NCBI RefSeq assembly: GCF_028368995.1 | Contig: NZ_JAQNDL010000005.1 | Coordinates: 160,001 to 224,000 of the forward strand | Direction of reading: 5' to 3' | Length of the DNA stretch: 64,000 bases | From: Nannocystis bainbridge | GTDB lineage: Bacteria > Myxococcota_A > Polyangia > Nannocystales > Nannocystaceae | Shown here: positions 14,877 to 26,675 of the stretch, in pieces | How positions within the stretch are numbered: the first letter of the stretch is position 1 | Layout of the letters: the number at the start of each line of letters is the position of its first letter | Made by a program: the position numbers and the translations under genes | The notes under the pieces: generated by a model | What the model was told of the DNA's origin: nothing | Databases searched by the model: none | The model's input: only the letters and a program-made list of their open reading frames with translations

Positions 14877-15287
14877 TCAGCGGCTCTTCACGTTGGCGAT
14901 CATCATCAGCACCAGGCAGGCGATGACGGGGATCGCATAGGGCACGACCTTGAGCCCGCCGAGCTCGAAGTTCTGCCAGCCGAGCAGGAACTCGGCGCCG
15001 GCGATCGACCCTGCCACCAGCAGCGCGCCCAGCCGCTCCGGCCAATCGGTCTCGATCTTCAGCCCGATATAGAAGGTGAGCAGCCCGACCGCGCCCGTGA
15101 TCGCCGGGAAGGCCCACGCCGGCAGCCCGGCGATGGCGTCGATGCCCTGCGTCGCCAGCTGCGGGTTGCTGAGCGCCAGGTTGGCCAGGACAGCCACCAG
15201 CACCAATCCCGTGGCGAAGATCAGGTAGGTCCAGACGCGCCCCTTGTGGGTCCGGTGGCTGTGATCGTGCGCGTGCCCTGCTGCCAT
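14877..15287 (-). CDS. Small 4-TM membrane protein with His-rich N-terminus
   Basis: Four hydrophobic segments; MAAGHAHDHSHRTH. Confidence 0.7.
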   Translation of the reverse strand: MAAGHAHDHSHRTHKGRVWTYLIFATGLVLVAVLANLALSNPQLATQGIDAIAGLPAWAFPAITGAVGLLTFYIGLKIETDWPERLGALLVAGSIAGAEFLLGWQNFELGGLKVVPYAIPVIACLVLMMIANVKSR

Positions 15288-15513
15288 GTGTTCCTCCGCC
15301 GGCACTGTACCGCGTCCAGTCCGTCACACCGGACCGGCGATGAGACGCGGAACACAGTCAACCTGACCGCGCGGTCTCGGCCACCGGCCAGCGGGCCATC
15401 CCTCGCAATTCCGACGTCCCCCCTTGCCGAGTCTGCCAGTGTCGGGCAGCATGAAATCGTTCGGCTCGGATCCTTCGACGCTCTTAACTGTTCTTTTTCG
15501 TCACGGTACTCCC

Positions 15514-16374
15514 ATGCAACGCAACGCTCTCCGCTGGCTTCATAACCTCCCGCTCCTCTCACTGCTGGCCGCGCCGCTCGTGATCCCCGGCTGTGGCCTG
15601 GCGAAGCTCGATATCGACGGCTACGAGGACGGCGACGAAAAGGGTGAAGGCGGCCAGGGCGAAGAAGAGGGCGGCCAGAACGAGGAAGAGGGCGGCCACG
15701 GTGAAGAGGGCGGCCACGTCCCCGGCGACCCCGGCACCGGCGGCTGGGAAGAAGGCGGCGAGGGCGGCGAGCAGGGCGAGACCGGCATCCCCGACCCTGG
15801 CGAAGAGGGCGGCGAGGAAGGCCAGGCCGAGTGGGGCGGCGAGGAAGAGGGCGGCGAAGGCCCCGGCCCCGGTGAAGAGGGCGGCCAGGAAGGCAACGCC
15901 GAGTGGGGCGGCGAGGAAGAGGGCGGCGAAGGCCCCGGCCCCGGCGAAGAGGGCGGCCAGGAGGGCAACGCCGAGTGGGGCGGCGAAGAGGGCGGCGAAG
16001 GCCCCGGCCCCGGTGAAGAAGGCGGCCAGGAAGGCAACGCCGAGTGGGGCGGCGAAGAAGGCGGCGGCGAAGGTCCCAACCCCGGCGAAGAAGGCGGCGA
16101 GTGGGGCGGCGAGGACGGCGGCCAGACCACCGGCAGCGGCGAGACCACCGGCAGCGGCGAGTGGGGCGGCGAGGAAGGCTTCCCCGGCGAAGAGGGCGGC
16201 GTGCCTGGCGAGGAAGGCGGCGAGTGGGGCGGCGAAGGCGGCAGCGAGGGCGACAACAAGCCGCTCAAGAAGCCCGTCGTCCTCATCGAGAAGCAGTTCA
16301 ACCAGTGCCTCGATTCGGGCAGCGGCTACGACCATTGCGTCGGCCAGCTCGACCTCGCATTGAAGAAGCTCTGA
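15514..16374 (+). CDS. Acidic Glu/Gly-rich tandem-repeat lipoprotein
   Basis: Lipobox IPGC, repeats EEGGEGPGPGEEGGQEGNAEWGG, C-terminal Cys pair, followed by terminator. Confidence 0.8.
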   Translation: MQRNALRWLHNLPLLSLLAAPLVIPGCGLAKLDIDGYEDGDEKGEGGQGEEEGGQNEEEGGHGEEGGHVPGDPGTGGWEEGGEGGEQGETGIPDPGEEGGEEGQAEWGGEEEGGEGPGPGEEGGQEGNAEWGGEEEGGEGPGPGEEGGQEGNAEWGGEEGGEGPGPGEEGGQEGNAEWGGEEGGGEGPNPGEEGGEWGGEDGGQTTGSGETTGSGEWGGEEGFPGEEGGVPGEEGGEWGGEGGSEGDNKPLKKPVVLIEKQFNQCLDSGSGYDHCVGQLDLALKKL

Positions 16375-16401
16375 GCTCCCGCGCATCCGCGTGAAACGAG
16401 G

Positions 16402-16431
16402 CGCCGAGGTCCGCACGACCTCGGCGTTTTT
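16402..16431 (+). terminator. Intrinsic terminator
   Basis: CGCCGAGGTC-cgcac-GACCTCGGCG-TTTTT. Confidence 0.8.
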
Positions 16432-16493
16432 GCGTGGTTCGATCGGCCGAACTTGCGCGGCCCGTCGATGCGCCCGACACTCCGCCTCGAACG

Positions 16494-17621
16494 ATGCAGA
16501 TCACCAGCAACTTCGACGGCGGCAACATCCTCGTCCGCGACATCGCCGATCCGGGCGACGCGCACCTCGAGATCCGGCGCGACAACAGCTCCGAATTCTA
16601 CCAGTGGTTCCACTTCCGCGCCTCGGGCGTGCGTGACACCCCGCTGGCCCTGCACATCGACAACGCCGGCATCAGCAGCTATCCGCCGGGCTGGAAGGAC
16701 TACCAGGCGGTCGCCTCTTACGACCGCGATCAGTGGTTCCGCGTGTCCACCGAGTACGACGGCAAGCGCCTCACGATCCGCCACACTCCCGAGCACGACA
16801 GCGTCTGGTACGCCTACTTCGCGCCCTACTCGCACGAGCGTCACCTGGACCTCGTCGCCGCCTGTCAGACCTCGCCGCAGTGCCGCCACGAGCTGCTCGG
16901 CGCCACCGTCGACGGCCGCGACCTCGACCTCCTCGTCATCGGCGAGCCCGCGGCCGGCAAGCGCGTGTGCTGGATCGTCGCCCGCCAGCACCCCGGCGAG
17001 ACCATGGCCGAGTGGCTGATGGAGGGTCTGCTCGAGCGCCTGCTCGACGACGAAGATCCGGTCGCCCGCCAATTGCTGGCCCGGGCCGTCTTCTACTGCG
17101 TCCCCAACATGAACCCCGACGGCTCGTTCCGCGGCAACCTGCGCACCAACGCCGCCGGCGCCAACCTCAACCGCGAGTGGCAGACCCCCACGCGCGAGCG
17201 CAGCCCCGAGGTCTTTTACGTGCGCCAGCGGATGGAACAGACCGGCGTCGATTTCTGCCTGGATGTCCACGGCGACGAGGCCCTGCCCTACAACTTCATC
17301 GCCGGCCCCGACGGCGTCGCCTCGGTCACGCCGCGGGTCCTCGACCTGCAGGCCGAGTACGAGCGCCTGCTGACGCGCGCGAGCCCCGACTTCCAGACCG
17401 AGCACGGCTACGACGCCGTGGCCCCGGGCGCCGCCAACCTGACGATGTGCACCACCTTCATCGCCGACCGCTTCGGCTGCCTGTCGATGACGCTCGAGCA
17501 GCCGTTCAAGGACACCGTCGACTCGCCCCACGCGCTGTTCGGCTGGTCGCCCGAGCGCTGCCGCAAGCTCGGCCGCGCCAACCTCGACGCGCTGTTCGGC
17601 ATCCTCGACCGCCTGCGCTGA
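16494..17621 (+). CDS. M14-type cytosolic zinc carboxypeptidase
   Basis: ITSNFDGGNI, QWFHF, AYFAPYS, RQHPGE, PNMNPDG, NLNREW, LDVHGDE, LEQPFKD. Confidence 0.93.
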   Translation: MQITSNFDGGNILVRDIADPGDAHLEIRRDNSSEFYQWFHFRASGVRDTPLALHIDNAGISSYPPGWKDYQAVASYDRDQWFRVSTEYDGKRLTIRHTPEHDSVWYAYFAPYSHERHLDLVAACQTSPQCRHELLGATVDGRDLDLLVIGEPAAGKRVCWIVARQHPGETMAEWLMEGLLERLLDDEDPVARQLLARAVFYCVPNMNPDGSFRGNLRTNAAGANLNREWQTPTRERSPEVFYVRQRMEQTGVDFCLDVHGDEALPYNFIAGPDGVASVTPRVLDLQAEYERLLTRASPDFQTEHGYDAVAPGAANLTMCTTFIADRFGCLSMTLEQPFKDTVDSPHALFGWSPERCRKLGRANLDALFGILDRLR

Positions 17622-17629
17622 GCTCGTGC

Positions 17630-17725
17630 GCGCCTGCCCCTGCGGACAGGCGCGACCGAATCGCAGCGCCTGCCCTTTCGGACAGGCGCGACCGAATCGC
17701 AGCGCCTGCCCGTTCGGACAGGCGC
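17630..17725. repeat. Three REP-like palindromic units with 36-bp period
   Basis: GCGCCTGCCC-N3-CGGACAGGCGC at 17630, 17666, 17702 with identical linker GACCGAATCGCA. Confidence 0.85.
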
Positions 17726-17732
17726 TCGTCGC

Positions 17733-19742
17733 TCAGCTCTTGCCTGCCCCTTCGGACATCCGCATCACGAACGCGAACTCGATCTTGCGGCGCTGCACGC
17801 TGCTGTCGATCACCTCGACGATCAGGCGGTCGCCGACCGTCAGCGTGAAGCCCGAGCGCTGGCCGACCAGCTTGACCCCGGACGGGTCGAGCTGGAACGG
17901 CTCGCCGCGGTCGCGCTCGAGGTTGCCCGTGCGCACCAGCCCGTCGACGAACGGCCGGTCGACCTGCACGAACGCCCCGGGCGAGCCGATGCCCGACACC
18001 GTCGCCTCGAACCGGTCGCCCACGCGGTCGCGCATGTAGAGCGCCGCGAACAGCGACTTGCTGTCGCGCTCGGCGTCCGCGACCGACCGCTCGCGCTGGC
18101 TGCTGCGGACCGACTGCTCGGCCGTCTGCTCGCGCTGCGGCATCGGCGGCACCGGCTCCGGCCCCGGCAGCCCGCCGATCTTCGCCAGGTGGGCCTTGAG
18201 CACGCGGTGCACGATCAGGTCCGGGTAGCGCCGGATCGGCGACGTGAAGTGCGCGTAGGCGTCGCTGGCCAGCGCGAAGTGGCCGACGTTTTCGACGCTG
18301 TACTGCGCCTGCGCCATCGCCCGCAGCATGAACATGTGCAGCGCGGCGCGGCGCGGGTGATTCTGCGTGCGGTTCAGGAACTTCTGCGCTCCGCGCGGCG
18401 TGGTCAGCTTCTCCGGGTCGGCCGTGGCGCCGAGCGCCTCTGCCACCGTCGCCAGCTGCTCGAGCCGCACCGGGTCGGGCGCCGCGTGGATCCGGTACAC
18501 CAGCGGCAGGTTGGCCCCGACCGCCACGCGTGCGACCGCCTCGTTGGCGGCCAGCATCAGCTCCTCGATCAGGTTATACGCCCGCGCCAGCTCGGCGCTG
18601 GCGCGCGTCGGCACGATGTCGCGGATGCGCTCCGGATCGTCCTGGTCGAGCAGCACCTTGATCTCGGGCACGTTGAGCTCGATCGCCCCGAGCCGCAGCC
18701 GGCGCGCGCGCAGCCGGTCGGCCGCCGCTCGCAGCGCCGCGATCCGCGAGCGGACCTCCGGCGGTTGGGTCGGCTGCGAACCTGTCTCTTCGGACAGCAC
18801 GGCCGCGGCCTCCTCGTAGGTCAGGCGCTTGCGGCTGTGGATGACCGCCGCGCGCAGCACCAGCTCGTCGATCTCGCCGTCGCCCGCCAGGCGGAAGCTC
18901 GCCACCATCGCCAGGCGGTCCTGCTCCGGCACCAGCGAGCACATGTGCGACGACAGGGCCCGCGGCAGCATCGGGATCGAGCGGTTGGGCAGGTAACACG
19001 AGAAGCAGCGCCAGGCCGCCTCGCGGTCGATCGCCGTGCCCTCGCGGACGTAGTGCGACACGTCGGCCACGGCCACGTGCACGCGCACGGCCCCGTGCGC
19101 CCCCTCGCCCGCGATCGCCTCGACGCACACCGCGTCGTCGAAGTCGCGCGCGTCGACCGGATCGATCGTCATGAACTCGAGCCCGCGCAGGTCGGCCCGG
19201 TTCGTCAGGTCCTCCGGCTGCACCGTCTCGGGCACCGCCTCGGCCTCGGCCAGCACGTCGGGCGCGAACTCGGGGTCGATGTTGTACTCGAGCAGGATCT
19301 TCGCCTGCTCGGTCGCCAGCGTGTTCGGCGGCCCCAGCAATCGCTCGATCCGGACCGCCCCGCCGTCGCGCGTATCGATCGGGTAGCGCGTGATCGTGGC
19401 GACCACCACGATGTCCTCCGGGACATGTGTGCCGTCCTCGACGTCCGGTCGCAGCAGCACGCGCGGGTCGTCGCACTCGAGCACGCGGACGCGGCCGATC
19501 CGCCGCACCTGGCCCGTCAGTCGCGTGCGACCGCGGCGCACGATCCGCACGATCTCGCCCTCGAAGCCCTTCTCCGACGGCCAGCTGTAGACCTCGACCT
19601 CATCGCCGTCCAGCGCGCCGCTGAGGCGTCCGCGCGGGATGAAAACAGTTCCTTCACCATCGAGGCGTTCGGCGAACCCGAACCCTCCTGGGTTGACCAC
19701 CAGCCTCGCGGCCGCGGCCCCCTTTTTCTCTTCCTTGCTCAC
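17733..19742 (-). CDS. rnr: Ribonuclease R / RNase II family
   Basis: GGFGF cold-shock domain, TIDPVDARDFDDAV, LIEELMLAANEAVA, HFTSPIRRYPDL, C-terminal S1; start approximate. Confidence 0.9.
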   Translation of the reverse strand: MSKEEKKGAAAARLVVNPGGFGFAERLDGEGTVFIPRGRLSGALDGDEVEVYSWPSEKGFEGEIVRIVRRGRTRLTGQVRRIGRVRVLECDDPRVLLRPDVEDGTHVPEDIVVVATITRYPIDTRDGGAVRIERLLGPPNTLATEQAKILLEYNIDPEFAPDVLAEAEAVPETVQPEDLTNRADLRGLEFMTIDPVDARDFDDAVCVEAIAGEGAHGAVRVHVAVADVSHYVREGTAIDREAAWRCFSCYLPNRSIPMLPRALSSHMCSLVPEQDRLAMVASFRLAGDGEIDELVLRAAVIHSRKRLTYEEAAAVLSEETGSQPTQPPEVRSRIAALRAAADRLRARRLRLGAIELNVPEIKVLLDQDDPERIRDIVPTRASAELARAYNLIEELMLAANEAVARVAVGANLPLVYRIHAAPDPVRLEQLATVAEALGATADPEKLTTPRGAQKFLNRTQNHPRRAALHMFMLRAMAQAQYSVENVGHFALASDAYAHFTSPIRRYPDLIVHRVLKAHLAKIGGLPGPEPVPPMPQREQTAEQSVRSSQRERSVADAERDSKSLFAALYMRDRVGDRFEATVSGIGSPGAFVQVDRPFVDGLVRTGNLERDRGEPFQLDPSGVKLVGQRSGFTLTVGDRLIVEVIDSSVQRRKIEFAFVMRMSEGAGKS

Positions 19743-19838
19743 GCGCGTGAAGATGCCGGCGCAATTCCCCCCGCGCAACCCGCGACGACGCGCGGCAAAC
19801 GCACGCGCGCACGATCACGCCGGAACATCGCTTCGGGG

Positions 19839-21173
19839 CTAGCGGAAGGCTCGCAGGTGCCCGTCGTCGCAGCCGACCACGAGCGTCCCGTCGTCCGCGA
19901 TCGCCACGGACGAGTCGATGTCGGCGCCGAGCTCGATCGTCCACAGCACCTTGCCGCGCGGCGAGACCGCGTAGAGCCGCTCGTCCTGGCTGCCGAAGAA
20001 CAGGTTGCCGTTGGCGTCGACGACCGGCGTCGCGTGGATCTTGCCGCCGGTCGGCAGCACCCACTTCACGTCGCCGCCCGCGGACAGCGCGTAGAGATTG
20101 CCGTCGAACGACGTCGCGTAGACCGCCCCGCCCGCGCCGAGCGCGATCGCCGAGCGGATGTCCTTCTGCGCCACGAAGCTCCAGCGCAGGCTGCCATCGG
20201 TGCGCAGCGCGTGGACCCGGCCGTCGTCGGCGCCGACGTAAATCGCCCCGCCGTCGCCGAGCGCCGGGCCGCCGTCGACATCGGCGCGGATCGAGTATGT
20301 CCACTGCATCGCGCCGTCGGCGCTGAGGGCCGTGAACAGCCCGTCCTGGCCGCCGACGTAGATCGTACCGTCGCCCGCCACGATCGGGGCCGCGAACACG
20401 TGCTTGGCCTGGATCGACGCGTCGGCCGGGTAGTGCCAGCGGATCTGTCCCTCGGGACTGATGCGATAGACCCCGTCGGCGCCGAGCACCAGGTCGCCGT
20501 CGGGCGCGATCGTCGGCCCGCCGTCGGCGTCGCAGCGCGCGCCTTCGGGGCCTGGCACCCGCGCGCCGTCGCAGTTGCCGAGCTTCAGCGTCCACGCGAT
20601 CGCCTGCTTCTCGAGGTCGATCGCGTAGAGCGTGTCGTCATCGGCGCCGACGTACGCCCGATTGCCAGCGACCGCGGCCGTGGCCCACACCATCCCGCCG
20701 AGCATCACGTCGAGCACGATCTCGCCGGCGCGCGAACCGCCGAGCGCCACGCCGACGAAGCGTCCGGCGTGCGTCCCGACCAGCGCAGCGGGCTCTCCGC
20801 CGACCTTGGCGAGCGCCGGCGAGGCGAACACCACCGCCCCGAGATCGCGGTCCCACAGCTCTTTGGGCTCGCTGGTCGGCCCTTTCGCCTTCGTCGGGCC
20901 CGCGTGGCCCGGCCCGCCGCGGGCCCAGGCGCCGCTCGCCAGCGCCGGCGCGCGCGACGTTGCAGATACAGCCGCCTCGACCGGTCTGGGGGCCACGCAG
21001 ACCCCTGCCTCGCAGATCCGGTCGCCTTTGCAGTCGGTGTCTTTGGCGCAACCCGGGTCCTGGGTCGTCGGCGCCTCGGTCGGCTCGGTCCACTGACAGC
21101 CGGCGGCGCCCAGCACTCCCGCAAGCGCCAGCGCAAGCCCCGGAACATCGTTACTTCGTCTTCTGCGCGACAC
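19839..21173 (-). CDS. PQQ-like beta-propeller repeat lipoprotein
   Basis: Lipobox AAGC, CAKDTDCKGDRICEAGVC, repeated YVGADDG...W motifs; start approximate. Confidence 0.85.
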   Translation of the reverse strand: MSRRRRSNDVPGLALALAGVLGAAGCQWTEPTEAPTTQDPGCAKDTDCKGDRICEAGVCVAPRPVEAAVSATSRAPALASGAWARGGPGHAGPTKAKGPTSEPKELWDRDLGAVVFASPALAKVGGEPAALVGTHAGRFVGVALGGSRAGEIVLDVMLGGMVWATAAVAGNRAYVGADDDTLYAIDLEKQAIAWTLKLGNCDGARVPGPEGARCDADGGPTIAPDGDLVLGADGVYRISPEGQIRWHYPADASIQAKHVFAAPIVAGDGTIYVGGQDGLFTALSADGAMQWTYSIRADVDGGPALGDGGAIYVGADDGRVHALRTDGSLRWSFVAQKDIRSAIALGAGGAVYATSFDGNLYALSAGGDVKWVLPTGGKIHATPVVDANGNLFFGSQDERLYAVSPRGKVLWTIELGADIDSSVAIADDGTLVVGCDDGHLRAFR

Positions 21174-21249
21174 TCCAGGAGTCCTTTGGCCGGCGCGACC
21201 AAGTGAGCGAAAACTCTTGCCTTTGCGGCAATCTACCTTCGGCTCGGCT

Positions 21250-21278
21250 TTGACATCAACATTTTGGGGTGGTACCTG
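21250..21278 (+). promoter_or_regulatory. Possible sigma70-type promoter
   Basis: TTGACA-17 nt-TACCTG in an AT-richer divergent gap; -10 imperfect. Confidence 0.35.
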
Positions 21279-21520
21279 TATCCCGATATTCGCGGGAAAA
21301 AACGCCCCCCAGCGCGAGTTCCCGCGCAGGCCCGGGCGTCGCCCGGCGCCCCCGGGCACCCCGCTCTCTTCGCGGGCGCGCCCTCGGCGCACCACCCCCT
21401 CCCCGCCCCGTGGTCCCATCGATTCACCCTCTGAGCAGCACCCGGACGACGTTCTGTCGCATCCTGGGTCTGGCTCGGATTTCTGGCCCTCCGGGCCGCC
21501 TTTGCGCCTGAGGAGCAAGC

Positions 21521-22429
21521 ATGTCCAGCCAGCCAGCCGCCCAGATCTCTTCCGGGACCGACGAGCCGGTCGAAGAGATCTACTACCGCAAGGGCGACAT
21601 CGACTTTTGTTTCCTGCTGAACCGCCGGCACCACAACCTCCGCGTGTTCGACTACCGCGTCGGCAACTACCAGCAGAAGCGCGACTTCTTCGACCGGATC
21701 GCGCGCGCCGAGGGTCTGCGCAAGGTCTTCACGGTGGTGGAGAAGCAAGACTCGAAGAGCTGGCGCAGCGTCGGCTTCTCGCGCGAGGGTGCGATCCCCG
21801 GTTATTTCCGCACCGCCGACGCCTACATCATGAGTCGCGTCTACACCGAGGACGGTGAGCCGATTCAGGGCGGAGCGCCGAAGATGGGCGCGCCGCTGGC
21901 ATTGCCGGGCAAAGAGGGCAAGGACAAGGACCTCAAGGGCGTGCCCAAGCCGCGCGGCCTGACGGTCGACTTCATCCGCGACCCCGTGCTGCTGCAAGAC
22001 ATCGTCCGCGGCGTCGGCCAGGACGCGCTGTACGCCCCGTTCCGCCGCGGCGTGTTCAACCCCGACCTGGCGATCCACGCCAAGACCGGCAAAAAAGAGT
22101 ACTGGGTCGGCGCCGAGACCGACAGCTCGTTCGGCCACGCCAAGGTCGACATGCTGACGCCGCCGGTGAAGGACATCGAGCTGCCGGTGCTCGAGTACTG
22201 CGTGAAGGCGCTGCTCGACGAGCTCCACAAGCAGGAGACCGCCAGCGTGTTCGCGCTGTGCGCCGCCGACTGGACCCTCAGCAATCAGGTCTACAGCGAG
22301 CTCGGCTTCAAGGTCACCGCGCGGCTCACCGATCACATCACGCGCGCCGACGAATTCGTGGGCGCGCAGCTGTGGCACCGCCGCCTGGCCAACGTCGCCG
22401 CGCCCAAGCTGAGCAGCCTGCTCGGCTGA
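21521..22429 (+). CDS. Tandem GNAT-like protein resembling putative beta-lysine N-acetyltransferases
   Basis: LRVFDYRVG...KVFTVVE...GFSREGAIPGYFRTADAYIMSRVY and NQVYSELGFKVTARL resemble AblB/YodP-like proteins (from memory). Confidence 0.55.
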   Translation: MSSQPAAQISSGTDEPVEEIYYRKGDIDFCFLLNRRHHNLRVFDYRVGNYQQKRDFFDRIARAEGLRKVFTVVEKQDSKSWRSVGFSREGAIPGYFRTADAYIMSRVYTEDGEPIQGGAPKMGAPLALPGKEGKDKDLKGVPKPRGLTVDFIRDPVLLQDIVRGVGQDALYAPFRRGVFNPDLAIHAKTGKKEYWVGAETDSSFGHAKVDMLTPPVKDIELPVLEYCVKALLDELHKQETASVFALCAADWTLSNQVYSELGFKVTARLTDHITRADEFVGAQLWHRRLANVAAPKLSSLLG

Positions 22430-22689
22430 TCGCCGCTCGTCCGTCTCGCGCGTGCGCAGCTGCTGCGCACGCGCGGTTCGCATTGGTTCGGCGCCCACGG
22501 GGCTGCCGCTGCGCGCGGCCCGAACACCCGCACAAGCCCGCCGCGAACCTCGCCGGCGCCACTTGACGCATCAGGCGGTGGGTTTACCTTCCCGCCCGAG
22601 CCGTCCCGGAGGCGCCTGCGCGGTCCAAAGCCCGCAGCCGCGCCGGGGTCCACGACAACCCTCCGAATCGTCTTGCCGAAGGTGCCAAC

Positions 22690-24582
<1,893 letters not shown>

Positions 24583-24600
24583 CGCGCGGCCTCCCGGCCT

Positions 24601-24634
24601 GAAGAGCTCCGCGACGACCGTCGCGGGGCTCTTC
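24601..24634. terminator. Hairpin after htpG (possible bidirectional terminator)
   Basis: GAAGAGCTCCGCGACG-ac-CGTCGCGGGGCTCTTC. Confidence 0.6.
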
Positions 24635-24645
24635 GCGCTTTCGGA

Positions 24646-24677
24646 CATGTCGCAAGGGACATGTCCGTAAGATCAGT
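24646..24677. repeat. 14-bp-period palindromic motif chain
   Basis: Cores at 24646, 24660, 24674. Confidence 0.65.
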
Positions 24678-26517
24678 TCGCCTGGCGTCGCCGTCGCAGC
24701 AGCAGCCCGAGCAGCCCGAGCAGGCTGGCAGAGCCTGCCCCTCCGGTCATGTCACTGTGGCAGCCGCAGCCCTCGCCCCCCGTCTGCCCGCCAGTCTCGC
24801 CCGCGCTGTCGCCGGTCTCGCCGCTGCTGCCGGCGCCGCCCGTCAGCGGGCCCGTGACCTCGCCGCCGCCGGTCGTCGGCGCCGTCGTCGTCACCCCGCC
24901 GCTGTCACTCGCGCTGGCGCCCGTGCCGGACGGCTCGGAGGTGCCCGTGCCGCCGTCGGTCGTCGGCTCGACCCCGTAGGCCGTCATCGTCGCGTTCGAG
25001 TCCACCACCAGCGCATTGACCCCGGCGCGGTACTGCAGACGCGCGCTGTTCTCGTACACGCCGGGCGCGCCGAGCTCCACGATCACGCTGACCGTCTTGC
25101 CCTCGCCCTCGCCGAGGTTGCCGAGCTGCCACGTCACCACCCCGTCGACGTGGCTGCCGTCGTCGGTCGCCGACACGAACGTCACTCCGGCCGGCAAGGT
25201 GTCGGTCAGCACCGCGTCGAGCGCGGGCATCACTCCCATGTTGACGAACGTGATGTCGAACGTGACCTCGGGGACATCCGAGGTCGCAGGCGCCGACTTG
25301 GTGACCGAGATCTGCGGCGACCCCTCCGCCGTCGCGCATGGCGCCTCGAACAGCGAGTTGAGGAACAGCCGCGTCCCCTGCGTGGTCGGGTTCTGCGAGA
25401 TCGGCAGGTCCACGTCGTACTCGTGCCCGCCGAGGTAGCTGACCTTGCCCGCCGTCAGGCACGCCGCCGACAGCCCCGGCCCGACCTCCAACCCGGGACA
25501 GATGCCGTCGACGAAGCCGGTCATCCATACGTCGTTGATCCCGATCGACGTCCCCGCCTCGGTGATCATGACGATGTCGCTGCCCTTGTAGCTGTCGCCC
25601 TCGGGCAGGCTGTACGCCGGCTCGCTGCCGCCGACCGACTGGAACGGCCCGTCGAGCTGACCGAACGGCGTGTCGGTCTCGTAGTACTCGTACATGTCCG
25701 GTTGCTGGCCGATGAGGAACCCGTTCGGCGTCAAGAAGTGCCCGTGCGCGGCCAGGTTCTCGAACGCGTTGACCGCCTGACACTCGGCGAACAGGTGCGT
25801 CGGATGGGTCAAGAACTCGCGCATCTCCGCCACGACCTGCTGGTTCTGCTGGGCGTCCTTCACCCCCCAGTGCATCGACATGAACTGGCAGTAGACCGGA
25901 TCGCCTTCAGCGTCGAACAACGCCCCGTCGCGCAGGTTGTCCTCGGTCGGCCCCGAGAGCTCGTCCGGATCCAGCATGTCGGGGCTGGTGTCAGGCCAGC
26001 CGTAGTCGCCGACAGAGTCGGGGATCCCCGCCGCCATCATGTACTTGCGCGCGATCTTCTGGTTGCCGTCGGCCATCATCGCGATCGTCGGCGCCACCAC
26101 CAGCGTCGCCGCGACGTCGCTGGCGAACCCCTCGCTCGCCTCGTGGACCGCCACGTCGGGGTTGTCCTGCTGCCACGCCTCGACGATCGGCAGCGCGTCC
26201 GCGGCGTCGGCCGCGTCGATCACCCACGGCCCGCCGCGGTAGCCGTGGCCGTCGATCGTCGCCCCGCTGGCCACGTCCGTCGCCGAGGTGGTGAAGTCGG
26301 CCTCGGCGTGGCCCTTCCCGGCCTTGATCGCCCAGTGGACCGGCACGCCCTGGCGCAGCAGCTCGTACACGAGCCCATAGGCGCGCAGCATGCCGAGGTC
26401 CTGGTAATCGGTGTCCATCGGGATCACCAGCGAGCCGGCGGCGAAGTCGGCCGCGCTGGCCGGCGCCGGCGCGAGCGCGAGCGCCACGGCGACAGCAGAA
26501 ACTCCTGTACGCATCAT
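24673..26517 (-). CDS. Surface protein with DUF11-like Ig domain and MYXO-CTERM sorting signal
   Basis: Signal peptide, ISVTKSA...LTDTLPAGVTFVSA, C-terminal GCGC...LLGLLGLLLRRRR. Confidence 0.85.
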   Translation of the reverse strand: MMRTGVSAVAVALALAPAPASAADFAAGSLVIPMDTDYQDLGMLRAYGLVYELLRQGVPVHWAIKAGKGHAEADFTTSATDVASGATIDGHGYRGGPWVIDAADAADALPIVEAWQQDNPDVAVHEASEGFASDVAATLVVAPTIAMMADGNQKIARKYMMAAGIPDSVGDYGWPDTSPDMLDPDELSGPTEDNLRDGALFDAEGDPVYCQFMSMHWGVKDAQQNQQVVAEMREFLTHPTHLFAECQAVNAFENLAAHGHFLTPNGFLIGQQPDMYEYYETDTPFGQLDGPFQSVGGSEPAYSLPEGDSYKGSDIVMITEAGTSIGINDVWMTGFVDGICPGLEVGPGLSAACLTAGKVSYLGGHEYDVDLPISQNPTTQGTRLFLNSLFEAPCATAEGSPQISVTKSAPATSDVPEVTFDITFVNMGVMPALDAVLTDTLPAGVTFVSATDDGSHVDGVVTWQLGNLGEGEGKTVSVIVELGAPGVYENSARLQYRAGVNALVVDSNATMTAYGVEPTTDGGTGTSEPSGTGASASDSGGVTTTAPTTGGGEVTGPLTGGAGSSGETGDSAGETGGQTGGEGCGCHSDMTGGAGSASLLGLLGLLLRRRRQAN

Positions 26518-26675
26518 GAGGGTTTGTCTCCGCCCGTTGGACAGAATCCCCGGAGGTCGCTCCAACCCAACTTCACGACCTGTCCCTCAGGACATCTTTG
26601 GCGCTCGGTGCTCCACTGTCCCACAGCGGCGCCGCGGCTGTCTCTTTGGACAGATACACTGCCCGGTCAGCGAGC

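Noticed and set aside
15593-16363. Histone H1-like Lys/Ala/Arg ORF in an alternate frame of the EEGG protein
   Set aside because: Relies on many AGG/AGA codons atypical for this genome and follows automatically from GAA/GAG/GGC repeats; the other frame has a lipobox and ends at the terminator.
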